Made by a program: the position numbers and the translations under genes. Positions 1 through 9,458 of a stretch of 64,000 bases of DNA are shown piece after piece. Numbering within the stretch: position 1 is the stretch's first letter; every line of letters starts with the position of its first letter. Below the pieces are notes generated by a model. That model was not told the DNA's origin. It made no database searches and saw only the letters and a program-made list of their open reading frames with translations. The stretch comes from Vulcanimicrobiota bacterium (GTDB taxonomy: Bacteria; Vulcanimicrobiota; Vulcanimicrobiia; Vulcanimicrobiales; Vulcanimicrobiaceae): positions 256,001 through 320,000 of the forward strand of contig CAVRQT010000003.1 of the NCBI GenBank assembly GCA_963723515.1, read 5' to 3'.

Positions 1-183
1 CGGCGTGTAGACGGCGCGGACTTGATTGCAGACTCAGAACTTTGGCTCGCCGACGGCGGTTTCAGCAATGCGCGGGTTCGAAAGAGCAAGCGGATCGGCA
101 TCACAAAAGCGGCCCACCGGCACCTTCGTTTTTACGAGCCCGGCAGCCAATTCGTCTCTGGGCCGCGGCATCTCTCGCCGTAA
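1..183 (+). CDS. 3' end of DNA-3-methyladenine glycosylase (MPG family), truncated by window edge
   Basis: Frame 1 reads ...DGADLIADSELWLADG...RIGITKAAHRHLRFYEPGSQFVS...*, matching the MPG C-terminal RIGI..A...RF....S..VS pattern. Confidence 0.75.
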   Translation, partial: RRVDGADLIADSELWLADGGFSNARVRKSKRIGITKAAHRHLRFYEPGSQFVSGPRHLSP

Positions 184-186
184 TAG

Positions 187-999
187 ATGAAAGATGACCA
201 TGCCGCATTTGTCGGTTCGATTCCGCAGTATTACGATCGCATTCTCGTTCCCCTGATTTTTGCGCCATGCGCTGACGATCTGGTTGCGCGCGTCAAGCCA
301 TGCGCGGCATCACGCGTTCTCGAGCTGGCTTGCGGAACTGGCTCAGTGACAACACGGCTGGCCGAAACGCTTGGGCCGTCGGCACGCATTATGGCGACCG
401 ATCTCAACGACGCGATGCTGGACGTCGCGCGCTTAAAGCAAATCTCCGGCGCGGCAGTCACATGGCAGCAGGCGGACGCGACGGCGCTTCCTTTTGCAGC
501 GCGTTCATTCGACGCCGTCGTCTGCCAATTCGGTTGGATGTTTTTCCCGGACAAAGCTCGTGCGATGCATGAAGCGCGTCGAGTGCTCGTCCCGGGCGGC
601 CGATTGTTCTACACTGTTTGGGATCGCATTGAGTCTTGCCCGGTCTACGACCTTGCGAACGCTGCGGTGCACGCGTGCTTTCGAGCGGATCCACCGACGT
701 TTCTTCAGACGCCGTTCGGCATGTCGGATCCGGACGTGCATCGCCGCCTCATGGCGGATGCCGGATTCACGGGCGTTTCAATTGACGTTCTGGCGCATAC
801 CGGTGCGCCGATGAACGCCGCGCGGATGGCCGAAGGCATCGTTCGGGGCGGCCCGCTTGCGACGGAGATCGAGGCGCGCAAAGGGGACGTGGCTGCCGTC
901 GTTCGCTCCATCGAAGAACGGCTCGAGGACCGTTTCGGACGCGAACCATTCACCTCGCCGATGAAGGCGGTATTCTGCACCGGTTCGGCTCCATCTTGA
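187..999 (+). CDS. Class I SAM-dependent methyltransferase (UbiE-like)
   Basis: VLELACGTG motif I, ATDLN, QADATALPF, FDAVVCQFG. Confidence 0.9.
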   Translation: MKDDHAAFVGSIPQYYDRILVPLIFAPCADDLVARVKPCAASRVLELACGTGSVTTRLAETLGPSARIMATDLNDAMLDVARLKQISGAAVTWQQADATALPFAARSFDAVVCQFGWMFFPDKARAMHEARRVLVPGGRLFYTVWDRIESCPVYDLANAAVHACFRADPPTFLQTPFGMSDPDVHRRLMADAGFTGVSIDVLAHTGAPMNAARMAEGIVRGGPLATEIEARKGDVAAVVRSIEERLEDRFGREPFTSPMKAVFCTGSAPS

Positions 1000-1025
1000 T
1001 TGCGCACTAAGGCCTATGCTATAGT
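996..1025 (+). promoter_or_regulatory. Sigma70-type promoter for rho
   Basis: TTGATT (996-1001), 18 bp spacer, extended -10 TGcTATAGT (1017-1025). Confidence 0.6.
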
Positions 1026-1165
1026 GTGCACGTCGCCACGGCGGTTGTAGAGACCGCGGCGGTGCACGTTATTCCCTTCGCGCCACACACACGTTAAGGA
1101 TGAAGGCAGCCTCGCCGGTCGTTCTTCGCACATGATGCGCGCGATTTCTTTCGGAGATCAATCCG

Positions 1166-2602
1166 CTGCAATTCGAAAACCGCCCCAATCAAAACGGCCC
1201 GGAAGGCCGGGGTCGCCGCCGGCGCCCGCGACGGCACCACCAACAACGATTTAACCCGCAATCTCACTTCGGTGAAAACTTTCCTCAAGCCGAAGCCGTG
1301 ATGCCGGCGCTGCTGACGGCGCCGCAACTCGAAGAGAAGTCGAAGACGGAGCTCAACGAGCTGGCCAAAGAGTTCGATGTCCTCAATCCGCTCAAGCTCA
1401 AGAAAGACGAACTGATTCCGCGCATCCTTGAAATTCAGGCGGCGCGCTCGGGCATCGAGATGGCGAACGGCGTACTGGACATCCTTCCTGAGGGCTACGG
1501 TTTCTTGCGTCGCGACGGCTATTTGATCGGCCCCGACGACATCTATGTCAGTCAATCGCAGATTCGGCGCTTCGAACTGCGCCGCGGCGATCTAATCGAA
1601 GGACAGGTTCGGCGCCCGAAAGACAACGAGAAATACTTCGGCCTGATCAAGGTCGAGACGGTCGACGGCTATGATCCGGAAGAGATTCGCGGCCGGAGCG
1701 TCTTTGAAAAAGGCACGCCGATCTATCCGAACGATCGGTACAAACTCGAGGTGCGTTCAACGCAGCTCTCAACGCGCGTCATCGATCTCATCTGCCCGAT
1801 CGGCAAGGGACAGCGTGCGCTGATCGTCTCGCCGCCGAAAGCCGGCAAGACAACGCTCCTCAAGAACATCGCCAATTCGATTTCGATCAACCATCCCGAA
1901 GCGCACATCATAGCGCTGCTTGTGGACGAGCGTCCGGAAGAAGTGACGGACATGCAGCGCACGATCGATGGTGAGGTCGTCGCCTCAACCTTCGACGAGC
2001 ATCCGGAGAATCACACGGCAGTCGCCGAATTAACGATGGAGCGGGCCAAGCGCCTCGCCGAGCTCGGCAAAGACGTCATCATCTTGCTGGATTCGATTAC
2101 GCGACTCGCGCGGGCGTACAACCAGGTGATTCCGACTTCGGGCCGCACGCTTTCCGGCGGCTTAGACACCGCGTCGCTTCACAAGCCCAAGCGCTTCTTC
2201 GGCGCGGCGCGTAAGATCGAAGAAGGCGGCTCGCTGACGATCGTCGCGACCGCGTTAATTGAAACGGGCTCGAAGATGGACGACGTCATCTTCGAAGAGT
2301 TCAAAGGCACCGGCAACATGGAGCTCAACCTCACGCGCAAGCTCGCCGAATCGCGTATCTTCCCAGCCATCGACATCAAGCGCTCGGGAACGCGACACGA
2401 AGAGTTGCTCCTCAGTGAAATCGAGATGCGCAAGATCTGGATGCTTCGTCGCGCAACATCCGTGCTCAACTCCGGCGACATCACGGAGATCATTCTCGAC
2501 AAGATGGCGCAGACGCGTTCGAACGCCGAATTCTTGGACACCGTCACAAAAGAGGCCCTGTCACTCTCGCGCGGCTACGAGGACGGCAACGGGAAGTACT
2601 AA
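1166..2602 (+). CDS. rho: Transcription termination factor Rho (start probably CTG 1166; alternative GTG 1298)
   Basis: GYGFLR, DIYVSQSQIRRF, PIGKGQR, PPKAGKT, DERPEEVTD, EEFKGTGNME; frame open from 1136 with GGAG 9 nt before CTG 1166. Confidence 0.97.
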   Translation: MQFENRPNQNGPEGRGRRRRPRRHHQQRFNPQSHFGENFPQAEAVMPALLTAPQLEEKSKTELNELAKEFDVLNPLKLKKDELIPRILEIQAARSGIEMANGVLDILPEGYGFLRRDGYLIGPDDIYVSQSQIRRFELRRGDLIEGQVRRPKDNEKYFGLIKVETVDGYDPEEIRGRSVFEKGTPIYPNDRYKLEVRSTQLSTRVIDLICPIGKGQRALIVSPPKAGKTTLLKNIANSISINHPEAHIIALLVDERPEEVTDMQRTIDGEVVASTFDEHPENHTAVAELTMERAKRLAELGKDVIILLDSITRLARAYNQVIPTSGRTLSGGLDTASLHKPKRFFGAARKIEEGGSLTIVATALIETGSKMDDVIFEEFKGTGNMELNLTRKLAESRIFPAIDIKRSGTRHEELLLSEIEMRKIWMLRRATSVLNSGDITEIILDKMAQTRSNAEFLDTVTKEALSLSRGYEDGNGKY

Positions 2603-2651
2603 GGCGAGCATTTCGCCTGCCTAAGTCACACCTTCCCTTCGCAGACCGCTC

Positions 2652-2681
2652 GAAAGGGCCGGCTGCCAACGCCGGCCTTTC
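2652..2681 (+). terminator. GC-rich hairpin downstream of rho, probable terminator
   Basis: GAAAGGGCCGGC-tgccaac-GCCGGCCTTTC inverted repeat. Confidence 0.5.
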
Positions 2682-2863
2682 TGCTGCCTGCATTTCTTGC
2701 AGCATTTGTGAGCTAACTGTTTGAATGCAACAAATGTCAGAGCTTTCGCGAGAAAGCGTCGACCGAACAGCGCGAGGCGCATCATTGTCACCCTATTGTA
2801 TGTGACCGCCTTGCAAGAAAGCGTCACTCGATAACCGCGCCTTAGCGTGAAGGTAGGCTGAGC

Positions 2864-3385
2864 ATGCGGCTAGATTGCGGGATATGCGTCGTGCGCTCGT
2901 ACCGGCACGACGATGCCGAAGCGCTTGTCAGACAAGCGAACAATTCGAACGTCTCACGTTATCTGCGAGATAGCTTTCCATATCCGTACACGATCGCGGA
3001 CGCGCGCGCTTGGCTGCGGTATGCCGTTGATATCGATCATGAAGAGACACACTTTGCGATCGAGCGCGGCCGTGAAGTCGCAGGCGGCCTCGGCTTCACG
3101 CGCTTTCCCGGCGAACGACAGTTTACCGCGGAGTTCGGCTACTGGTTAGGCGAAGCGTTTTGGAATCAAGGCATCATGACAGCGGCCGTGCGATCGTTTG
3201 TTGAGTGGTTGTGGCGCGAAACCGATCTGCAGCGCGTTCAGTCGGGTGTCTTTGAGCCGAACGTCGCGTCGCGTCGAGTCCTCGAGAAATGCGGGTTCGT
3301 CCATGAAGCGACGCTGCGGCGCGACGTTTGCAAAAATGATTGCTTCCTCGATACGCAGCTTTTTGTACGGTTGCGCCCCGCGTAA
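2864..3385 (+). CDS. GNAT N-acetyltransferase, RimJ/RimL family
   Basis: AEFGYWLG...WNQGIMT, N.ASRRVLEKCGF. Confidence 0.9.
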   Translation: MRLDCGICVVRSYRHDDAEALVRQANNSNVSRYLRDSFPYPYTIADARAWLRYAVDIDHEETHFAIERGREVAGGLGFTRFPGERQFTAEFGYWLGEAFWNQGIMTAAVRSFVEWLWRETDLQRVQSGVFEPNVASRRVLEKCGFVHEATLRRDVCKNDCFLDTQLFVRLRPA

Positions 3386-4293
3386 TGCGGCTGCAGCGCT
3401 TTCTGGCTCAGGCGGGCGTTGCATCGCGCCGCAAAGCCGAAGAGCTGATCGTTAGCGGGCGCGTCAGCGTGAACGGCACAAAAGTTGAGCGACTCGGCAC
3501 GACGGTTGAAGCGGATGACGTTGTTTGCGTTGACGGGAAAACGATCAGCATCGCGCCCGAGCGCATCTACCTTGCGCTGAACAAGCCGGCCGGCGTCGTC
3601 ACCACGATGCGAGATCCGCAAGGGCGCCGCACCGTTGCCGATCTGCTTCCGGAAGGTTCGGCCGGCGTCGTGCCCGTGGGTCGACTCGACTATGACACGA
3701 GCGGCCTATTGCTGCTGACGAACGACGGCGACCTCGCGCACCGCTTGATGCATCCAAGCTTTGGGGTGCAGAAGACGTATCGCGCGTTGCTCGCAGGACG
3801 GTTCGTCGCTGCTGCGGCGCAGCGGCTCATCAAAGGCGTCAACCTTGACGACCAGCCAACGTCGCCCGCACGGCTGCGCATTGTCAGCGCACGTGCGGAT
3901 CGCTCGCTTGTCGACGTCACGATTCACGAAGGCCGCAAGCGCCAAGTGCGCCGTATGTTCGAAGCTGTCGGCCACCGCGTTCTTACGTTGGAGCGGCGTG
4001 CATTCGGAACACTTACACTCGGAACGCTGGAATCCGGGCGATGTCGTTTGCTCGCTCCGAGTGAGATAGCGGCCCTGCGAGGATGTGTGACGAAAAGAGG
4101 GCGCCCGTGGAGCAGTTTGCCTCGATTCCGCAAAAATACCGGCTCGTCAGAAGCGAGCCGGGCCGCGAACGTTCGATCGTCCAACTGGACGGCCACCGCG
4201 TCGCCTTCGGAGCAGAAGCGCTCGTCGTCTGCGCCGGACCGTGCAGCGTCGAGTCGGAAGCGCAGATTGACCAGACGGCGCAAGCCGTCGTAA
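3385..4293 (+). CDS. rluB: rRNA pseudouridine synthase, RsuA/RluB family (true 3' end probably near 4100; tail overlaps aroF)
   Basis: S4 domain MRLQRFLAQAGVASRRKAEELI, LNKPAG, catalytic GRLDYDTSGLLLLTNDG, IHEGRKRQVRRM. Confidence 0.88.
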   Translation: MRLQRFLAQAGVASRRKAEELIVSGRVSVNGTKVERLGTTVEADDVVCVDGKTISIAPERIYLALNKPAGVVTTMRDPQGRRTVADLLPEGSAGVVPVGRLDYDTSGLLLLTNDGDLAHRLMHPSFGVQKTYRALLAGRFVAAAAQRLIKGVNLDDQPTSPARLRIVSARADRSLVDVTIHEGRKRQVRRMFEAVGHRVLTLERRAFGTLTLGTLESGRCRLLAPSEIAALRGCVTKRGRPWSSLPRFRKNTGSSEASRAANVRSSNWTATASPSEQKRSSSAPDRAASSRKRRLTRRRKPS

Positions 4294-4977
4294 CATCCGG
4301 CGCGACCGTTCTGCGCGGCGGCGCGTTCAAGCCTCGCAGTTCACCCTATGCGTTTCAGGGTCTTGGCGAAGATGCGCTCAAGATGTTGCGGAGCTGCTGC
4401 CGACCGGCACGGAGTCGCCGTCGTCACCGAAGTGCTCGACGTTCGTCACGTTGAGCTTGTCGCGCAATATTCCGACATGCTGCAGATCGGCGCGCGCAAC
4501 ATGCAGAATTTTAGTTTGTTGCGGGAAGTTGGCGAATGCGGTAAACCCGTTTTGCTAAAGCGCGGCCTTGCAGCGACGGTTGACGAGTGGCTGATGGCCG
4601 CTGAGTACGTCGTTCTCGCCGGCAACGAACGCGTCGTCTTGTGCGAGCGTGGCGTGCGTTCGTTCGATTCGGCGACGCGCAATTTGCTCGACCTAGCGGT
4701 CATCCCGCTGTTGCGTCAACTGACGCATCTGCCGGTCATCGTCGATCCGTCGCACGGTACCGGCATCGCGCGTTTGGTGGAACCGATGGCGCTGGCGGCG
4801 GTTGCGGCCGGGGCCGACGGGCTGCTCGTCGAGGTCCATCCTGAACCGCACAATGCCGCTTCCGACGGCGCTCAATCCCTGCGGCCATCGGATTTTGCGC
4901 ATTTGATGCAAAAACTGCCGCAGTTCGCCGGCGTCGCAGGACGCTCGGTCGCAAGCGGCGCCTTCCTCGCCGTATGA
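4107..4977 (+). CDS. aroF: DAHP synthase type I-beta, frameshift near 4395
   Basis: AGPCSVES and [17 protein letters not shown] in one frame; [30 protein letters not shown] in the next. Confidence 0.92.
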
Positions 4978-5140
4978 GGGATCTCTGAAGAAGCCCCGCG
5001 CGTTCCATCGCTGCACCGCTTTTCGGCCATTTCGTCGTTGCTGCGGCGGCCACAATGCGCTGCATTGCGTCCGTCCTCGCGCCTCGAACTGACCAAAAAT
5101 CGCCGCAACGCTGGAACACGGCGGCTTCTTCAGAGGTCCC
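4978..5140. mobile_element. 163-bp palindromic MITE-like element
   Basis: Terminal inverted repeats GGGATCTCTGAAGAAGCC / GGCTTCTTCAGAGGTCCC (17/18), imperfect pairing continuing about 55 bp inward, central CAATGCgctGCATTG hairpin. Confidence 0.65.
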
Positions 5141-5198
5141 AAGGCGAGCGTTTTAACAAATCGGTCCTGGGTATCGTTACTGCTGCAGAGAGGTGCTT

Positions 5199-6419
5199 AT
5201 GAACTTGCTTCGCATCGCCGGCGCGATCCTAACCGTCGCCGTCGGGTCCACCGCTGTTACGTCAGCTGCCACTTACGGAACCGACTTTAAGCCGCCCAAG
5301 CTTTCCCAACTTGGAAAGACAACCGTTCCGATCGCCGGCTCGGGGACCGTCATTGTTAAGGTGCTCGTCAAAGGCGACGGCAGCTTCAACGTGCAGAACG
5401 TCATCCGTTCGACGAACTCGGCGGACAACGCGGCGGCGCTGGACATTGCAAAGAACTCCAGCTACCACGTCGCCACGCGGGGTGGAAAGCCGACAACCGC
5501 GTTTTACGATTTCACGCTGAAGTTCAACGGGAAGGCTGTCTCATCGCCCGACGAGGAGGCAGTCGGAATTTCAAGCGGGACCGTGTCCTCAATCAACACG
5601 CTGCTGCGGGCCCAAAACTATGTCGGCGCTGCGGCCGAATTTGACAGGATGAGCACGATTCCGGCGCGCGATCGGTCGACTGCGGCCTCAGTCTATGCGA
5701 CGGCTGCAATTCAGTTGCACACCTCAAACGCGCAGCAGGCTCTTACGTACGGGCAGAAGGCAGTATCGCTTTCGCCGGTGGGAACGTCATACTTCGCGCT
5801 CGGCGTCGCCCAACTCGCGAACAATGACAACGCCGGCGCAGTGGTCAGCTTAAAACGCGCGCACGATTTTGGCGGCGGTCCGAGATCCACAAGCGATCGT
5901 GTCGCCGTCGATCAGTATCTTATTCAAGCCTACAATGCAACCGGCGATACGGCCGATGCCAACGCGATGAGCGCAGAGCTTCAGCGCATCGCACCAAATT
6001 CAACATCGTCCTCAGGTGGGGTGATGGTCCCCCCGGTATTCAACCAGGCAATGCAAGCTGAGAGCGCCGCTAGATACGACGATGCCGTCAGGCTTTACGA
6101 ACAAGCTGCGCAGCAATCGCCGTCGATTGCCGTCACGGCATACGGACGGGCGGCGTTAGCAATTGGCAGGATGGATAAGCCGGACTTCACTCGGATGAAG
6201 GCCGAAGCCGATAGGGCAGTCGCGCTGAATCCAACCGATCCAACTGCGAATTTCGCTGAGGGTGTCGCCCTGATCCAACTTTCGGTGATAAACCACAACG
6301 ATGGGCAAAAAAAAGAAGGGCTCGACACATTGAAAAAGGCCGACGATGAAGCGAAATCAGCCCATATTTCAGCGTTGATAAACGCCATCGAAAACTTCAT
6401 CAAGAGCGTGCCGCAGTAG
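5199..6419 (+). CDS. Secreted protein with N-terminal TonB C-terminal-like domain and TPR-like helical repeats
   Basis: Signal peptide; GTVIVKVLV..DGS...S....N.AALDIAK.S.Y TonB_C pattern; repeated A..L.P and YFALGVA TPR-like motifs. Confidence 0.7.
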   Translation: MNLLRIAGAILTVAVGSTAVTSAATYGTDFKPPKLSQLGKTTVPIAGSGTVIVKVLVKGDGSFNVQNVIRSTNSADNAAALDIAKNSSYHVATRGGKPTTAFYDFTLKFNGKAVSSPDEEAVGISSGTVSSINTLLRAQNYVGAAAEFDRMSTIPARDRSTAASVYATAAIQLHTSNAQQALTYGQKAVSLSPVGTSYFALGVAQLANNDNAGAVVSLKRAHDFGGGPRSTSDRVAVDQYLIQAYNATGDTADANAMSAELQRIAPNSTSSSGGVMVPPVFNQAMQAESAARYDDAVRLYEQAAQQSPSIAVTAYGRAALAIGRMDKPDFTRMKAEADRAVALNPTDPTANFAEGVALIQLSVINHNDGQKKEGLDTLKKADDEAKSAHISALINAIENFIKSVPQ

Positions 6420-6484
6420 TACGAGGAGAATCCTGGAAGGTGGGCCAATGGTCCGCCTTCTACTGACGGGAGGGGCCGAAAAAA

Positions 6485-7171
6485 GTGGATTTCTTCAGTA
6501 ATTTCTACGGGTTCATCCAACGCGGCGGACCTGCGATGTGGGCATTGCTGATCTGCTCGATCGTTGTGATCGCAATCGTTATCGAACGTCTCGTTTTCTT
6601 CGCATCCCAGCACGGCGATACGAAGGGCTTGCTCAAAGCGCTCGGCGACCGCATCGCCAGCGACGACATAGACGGCGCCGTGCAATATTGCCGGCAGAAC
6701 AAAGGCATGCTGCCGCGCATTCTCGAGTTCGGACTGCTCCGCGGTGAAAAGAACCGAGCGGACATTACCGATGCGCTTTCGATTGCGCTGATGGAGCATC
6801 TCAATTCGCTCGAACGCAACCTGGGCATCATCGGTACCGTCGCGGTCATCGCGCCGTTCGTCGGGCTGTTTGGAACCGTCTTAGGCATCATTCGTGCCTT
6901 CCAAGACATCGCGCTCAAAGGCAACTCGACGCCGGCGGTGGTTGCGGCGGGCGTCTCAGAGGCCTTGATCACGACTGCGGCCGGACTCTTCGTGGCGATC
7001 GTTGCCGTGATTTTCTTCAACTACTTCAAGACGCGCATCAAAGCGTACAACCAAGAAATGATCGTCGCCGCCAACCAGCTCGCCGAAATGTTGCACTTCC
7101 ACAACACCGGCGCCCCGATTCCGACGGACCTCTACCAGCCTACGACTGCGGCGCGCCAGGCCGCGACATAA
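6485..7171 (+). CDS. exbB: MotA/TolQ/ExbB proton channel protein
   Basis: IGTVAVIAPFVGLFGTVLGIIRAF, GVSEALITTAAGL. Confidence 0.93.
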   Translation: MDFFSNFYGFIQRGGPAMWALLICSIVVIAIVIERLVFFASQHGDTKGLLKALGDRIASDDIDGAVQYCRQNKGMLPRILEFGLLRGEKNRADITDALSIALMEHLNSLERNLGIIGTVAVIAPFVGLFGTVLGIIRAFQDIALKGNSTPAVVAAGVSEALITTAAGLFVAIVAVIFFNYFKTRIKAYNQEMIVAANQLAEMLHFHNTGAPIPTDLYQPTTAARQAAT

Positions 7172-7174
7172 ACC

Positions 7175-7588
7175 GTGTCCCTCCTCTCAGCCAAGCAAGA
7201 AGATGAGGTGATGGCGGAGATCAACATCACGCCGTTCACCGACGTGCTGTTGGTTTTGCTCATCATCTTCATGATTCTCGCCGCGTTGATCACGCCGCCC
7301 GGGTTCGAGAAGCAGCTTCCGAACAAGAGCAGCAACAATCCGGCTGAGAATCCAAACAAAAAAGACAACATCGAAATTGACGTCAACAACAAAGGCGTGA
7401 TCTTCGTCGACGGCAAGAAGAGCGATCTGGCGCACATCTACTACGACATGAACGCGGTCGCGCTGAAGAAGCCGGGCAAGCACGTCTCGATCGTTGCGGA
7501 TGCGAAAGCGCCCTATGGGATCATCATCCGCATCTTGGACGCGGCGAAGCTCGCCAATCTTCAAGACGTCGGCTTCGTGACCTCATAA
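7175..7588 (+). CDS. exbD: ExbD/TolR biopolymer transport protein
   Basis: EINITPFTDVLLVLLIIFM, ADAKAPYG. Confidence 0.92.
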   Translation: MSLLSAKQEDEVMAEINITPFTDVLLVLLIIFMILAALITPPGFEKQLPNKSSNNPAENPNKKDNIEIDVNNKGVIFVDGKKSDLAHIYYDMNAVALKKPGKHVSIVADAKAPYGIIIRILDAAKLANLQDVGFVTS

Positions 7589-7601
7589 GGAAGGCGTAAG
7601 A

Positions 7602-8015
7602 ATGGCCGTTTCAACGGGACAAGGCGAAGAGGAGGTCATGTCGACGATCAACATCACGCCGTTCACCGACGTGCTGCTGGTTTTGCTGATCATCTTCATC
7701 ATCTTGGCGGCGGTCACCAAAGAGCCGAAACTTCCTAACGCCAAGAATCGCGATAAGGTTCACCCGTCCCAAATCGTCGTCATCGTCAACGACAAGGATG
7801 AGATTCAGATCGGTTCAACGGTCGTGCCGATTCAGCAGGCCTCCGATACGTTTAAGACCCTGCAAGAGCAAACGGGTCACGTTTACAAGAGCGTAATCAT
7901 CAAAGCTGATCCGGCGTCGCAGTACGGCACAATCTTGCAAGTCATGGATGCCGCGAAATCGCAAGACTTGACCGACTTCGGTCTCGCGAACCACGTCGAA
8001 GGTCAGAAAACCTAA
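7602..8015 (+). CDS. exbD: ExbD/TolR biopolymer transport protein (second paralog)
   Basis: INITPFTDVLLVLLIIF, KAD...YG..LQVMD. Confidence 0.92.
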   Translation: MAVSTGQGEEEVMSTINITPFTDVLLVLLIIFIILAAVTKEPKLPNAKNRDKVHPSQIVVIVNDKDEIQIGSTVVPIQQASDTFKTLQEQTGHVYKSVIIKADPASQYGTILQVMDAAKSQDLTDFGLANHVEGQKT

Positions 8016-8018
8016 GCG

Positions 8019-8765
8019 ATGGCCAAGCTCGCAGGTGGCTCTCCGTTCCTAACGACCGGCGAGCGCATTCGCACCTTTTTAGGGTGGGCGTTCGTGATCT
8101 CTATTGCCGGACATCTGGTCTTAGGACCGCTGATTCCGTTCAAGCAAACCCACACGGAAGAGCAGCAAGTCGAAAAAGTTTCGCTGATGAAGAAGACCAA
8201 GGTCAAGGTGCCGACGCCGCCGCCTCCGACGCCGACGCCGAAACCGACTCAGCCACCGGTATCGACTCCCAAGCCAAAGCCGCAACAGCAGCAGCCGCGG
8301 CTCAAGGTCAATCTGGTGCATCAGCATTCAACGACCGGCTCGAACCAAAACGAGCCGGCTTACACGGCGCCGAAGAGCGGCAGCGAAAACGGCGCCCCAC
8401 AGGGCGTCAGCACGGCCTCTGCCGGAACGGGCCAGCAAGCAAAAGTAGCGGCGCCGCCCCCGACGCCCAAACCGGCGTGTGCGGATCCGTATCGAGAAGC
8501 GACGATGACCAACGGCGTCTCGCCCGAGTATCCTGAATCGGCGAAGGAACAGGGACTCGGCCCGGTGACGGTCATCGTGAAGATTACGCTTTCGCCGGCA
8601 GCCTCGGTTGAAAGCGCCAGCGTTCTGCAAAGCTCGGGGAATATGGCGGTCGATCAAGCAGCGATCATCGCGGCTCGTCAATCGTCGTATGCACCGAAGC
8701 TCATGAACTGCCAACCCGCGGAAGGCACGTACTCCTTCCGTGCCAACTTCGACCCCGCTCAGTAG
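8019..8765 (+). CDS. tonB: Energy transducer TonB
   Basis: TM anchor with S-x3-H (SIAGH), Pro-rich linker, PEYPESAKEQG and SSGNMAVDQAA TonB_C. Confidence 0.88.
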   Translation: MAKLAGGSPFLTTGERIRTFLGWAFVISIAGHLVLGPLIPFKQTHTEEQQVEKVSLMKKTKVKVPTPPPPTPTPKPTQPPVSTPKPKPQQQQPRLKVNLVHQHSTTGSNQNEPAYTAPKSGSENGAPQGVSTASAGTGQQAKVAAPPPTPKPACADPYREATMTNGVSPEYPESAKEQGLGPVTVIVKITLSPAASVESASVLQSSGNMAVDQAAIIAARQSSYAPKLMNCQPAEGTYSFRANFDPAQ

Positions 8766-8804
8766 TTATTTAGACGGTCGACGACGCGAGGCTCATCCTC
8801 CCCG

Positions 8805-9458
8805 ATGAGCCTTCGTTCTGCGCGGCGCCTGCTGCTCGGCGCGCTCCTTCTCTCGATCGTCCTCCATCTGCTCGGCGTGCTTTTCATTCACTGGAGCGTG
8901 CCGGCCACGCAGGAAGTGCCTGAAAGTTTGCAGCTCACGAAAATTTACAAAGTTCGCGCCACGATCTTGCACTCACCACGGCCGCCTGCACCGCCGAAGA
9001 CGGTGCCGCACAAGGCGATCAACGTTCCGAGGACGGTTGCTCGGAGCGCGCGCGGTCCTGCAATCGTTGCAATGCCGAAGTCTGCCGTCGCAACAGCGAC
9101 TCCGTCGCCGTCACCGACCGTTGCACATCTGCCGACGCCGGCCGGCGTCAGCGGGTGTACCAAAGCATATGCGGTTGCAACGGTCATGGCGTCGCCGCAA
9201 CCACCGGACGTTCCCGACGATGCACGACGTTCGGCGACCGCCGGCGTCACGGAAATCCACGTGCAACTGGATGACCGCGGAGCGATCGTCGATGCAGCGG
9301 TCGCCGCCAGTTCCGGAAATGCCCAACTCGATCAAGTCGCATTGAACCTCGCCAAGGGCAGCACGTACACGCCTGCGGTTAGCGCGTGCAAGAAGATCGC
9401 ATCAACGTACACGTATCGTGTGCGCTTCGAACCCGCAAGCACGAGCGAGCTGAGATGA
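8805..9458 (+). CDS. TonB family protein (second)
   Basis: SIVLH anchor, Pro-rich linker, SSGNAQLDQVAL TonB_C. Confidence 0.85.
   Translation: MSLRSARRLLLGALLLSIVLHLLGVLFIHWSVPATQEVPESLQLTKIYKVRATILHSPRPPAPPKTVPHKAINVPRTVARSARGPAIVAMPKSAVATATPSPSPTVAHLPTPAGVSGCTKAYAVATVMASPQPPDVPDDARRSATAGVTEIHVQLDDRGAIVDAAVAASSGNAQLDQVALNLAKGSTYTPAVSACKKIASTYTYRVRFEPASTSELR

Noticed and set aside
4100..4293. RluB C-terminal extension overlapping aroF as dual coding
   Set aside because: No recognisable motif; more likely a stop lost through an indel near 4085
7220..7699. About 50-bp near-identical repeat in the two exbD genes
   Set aside because: Explained by the conserved TM segment of tandem paralogs
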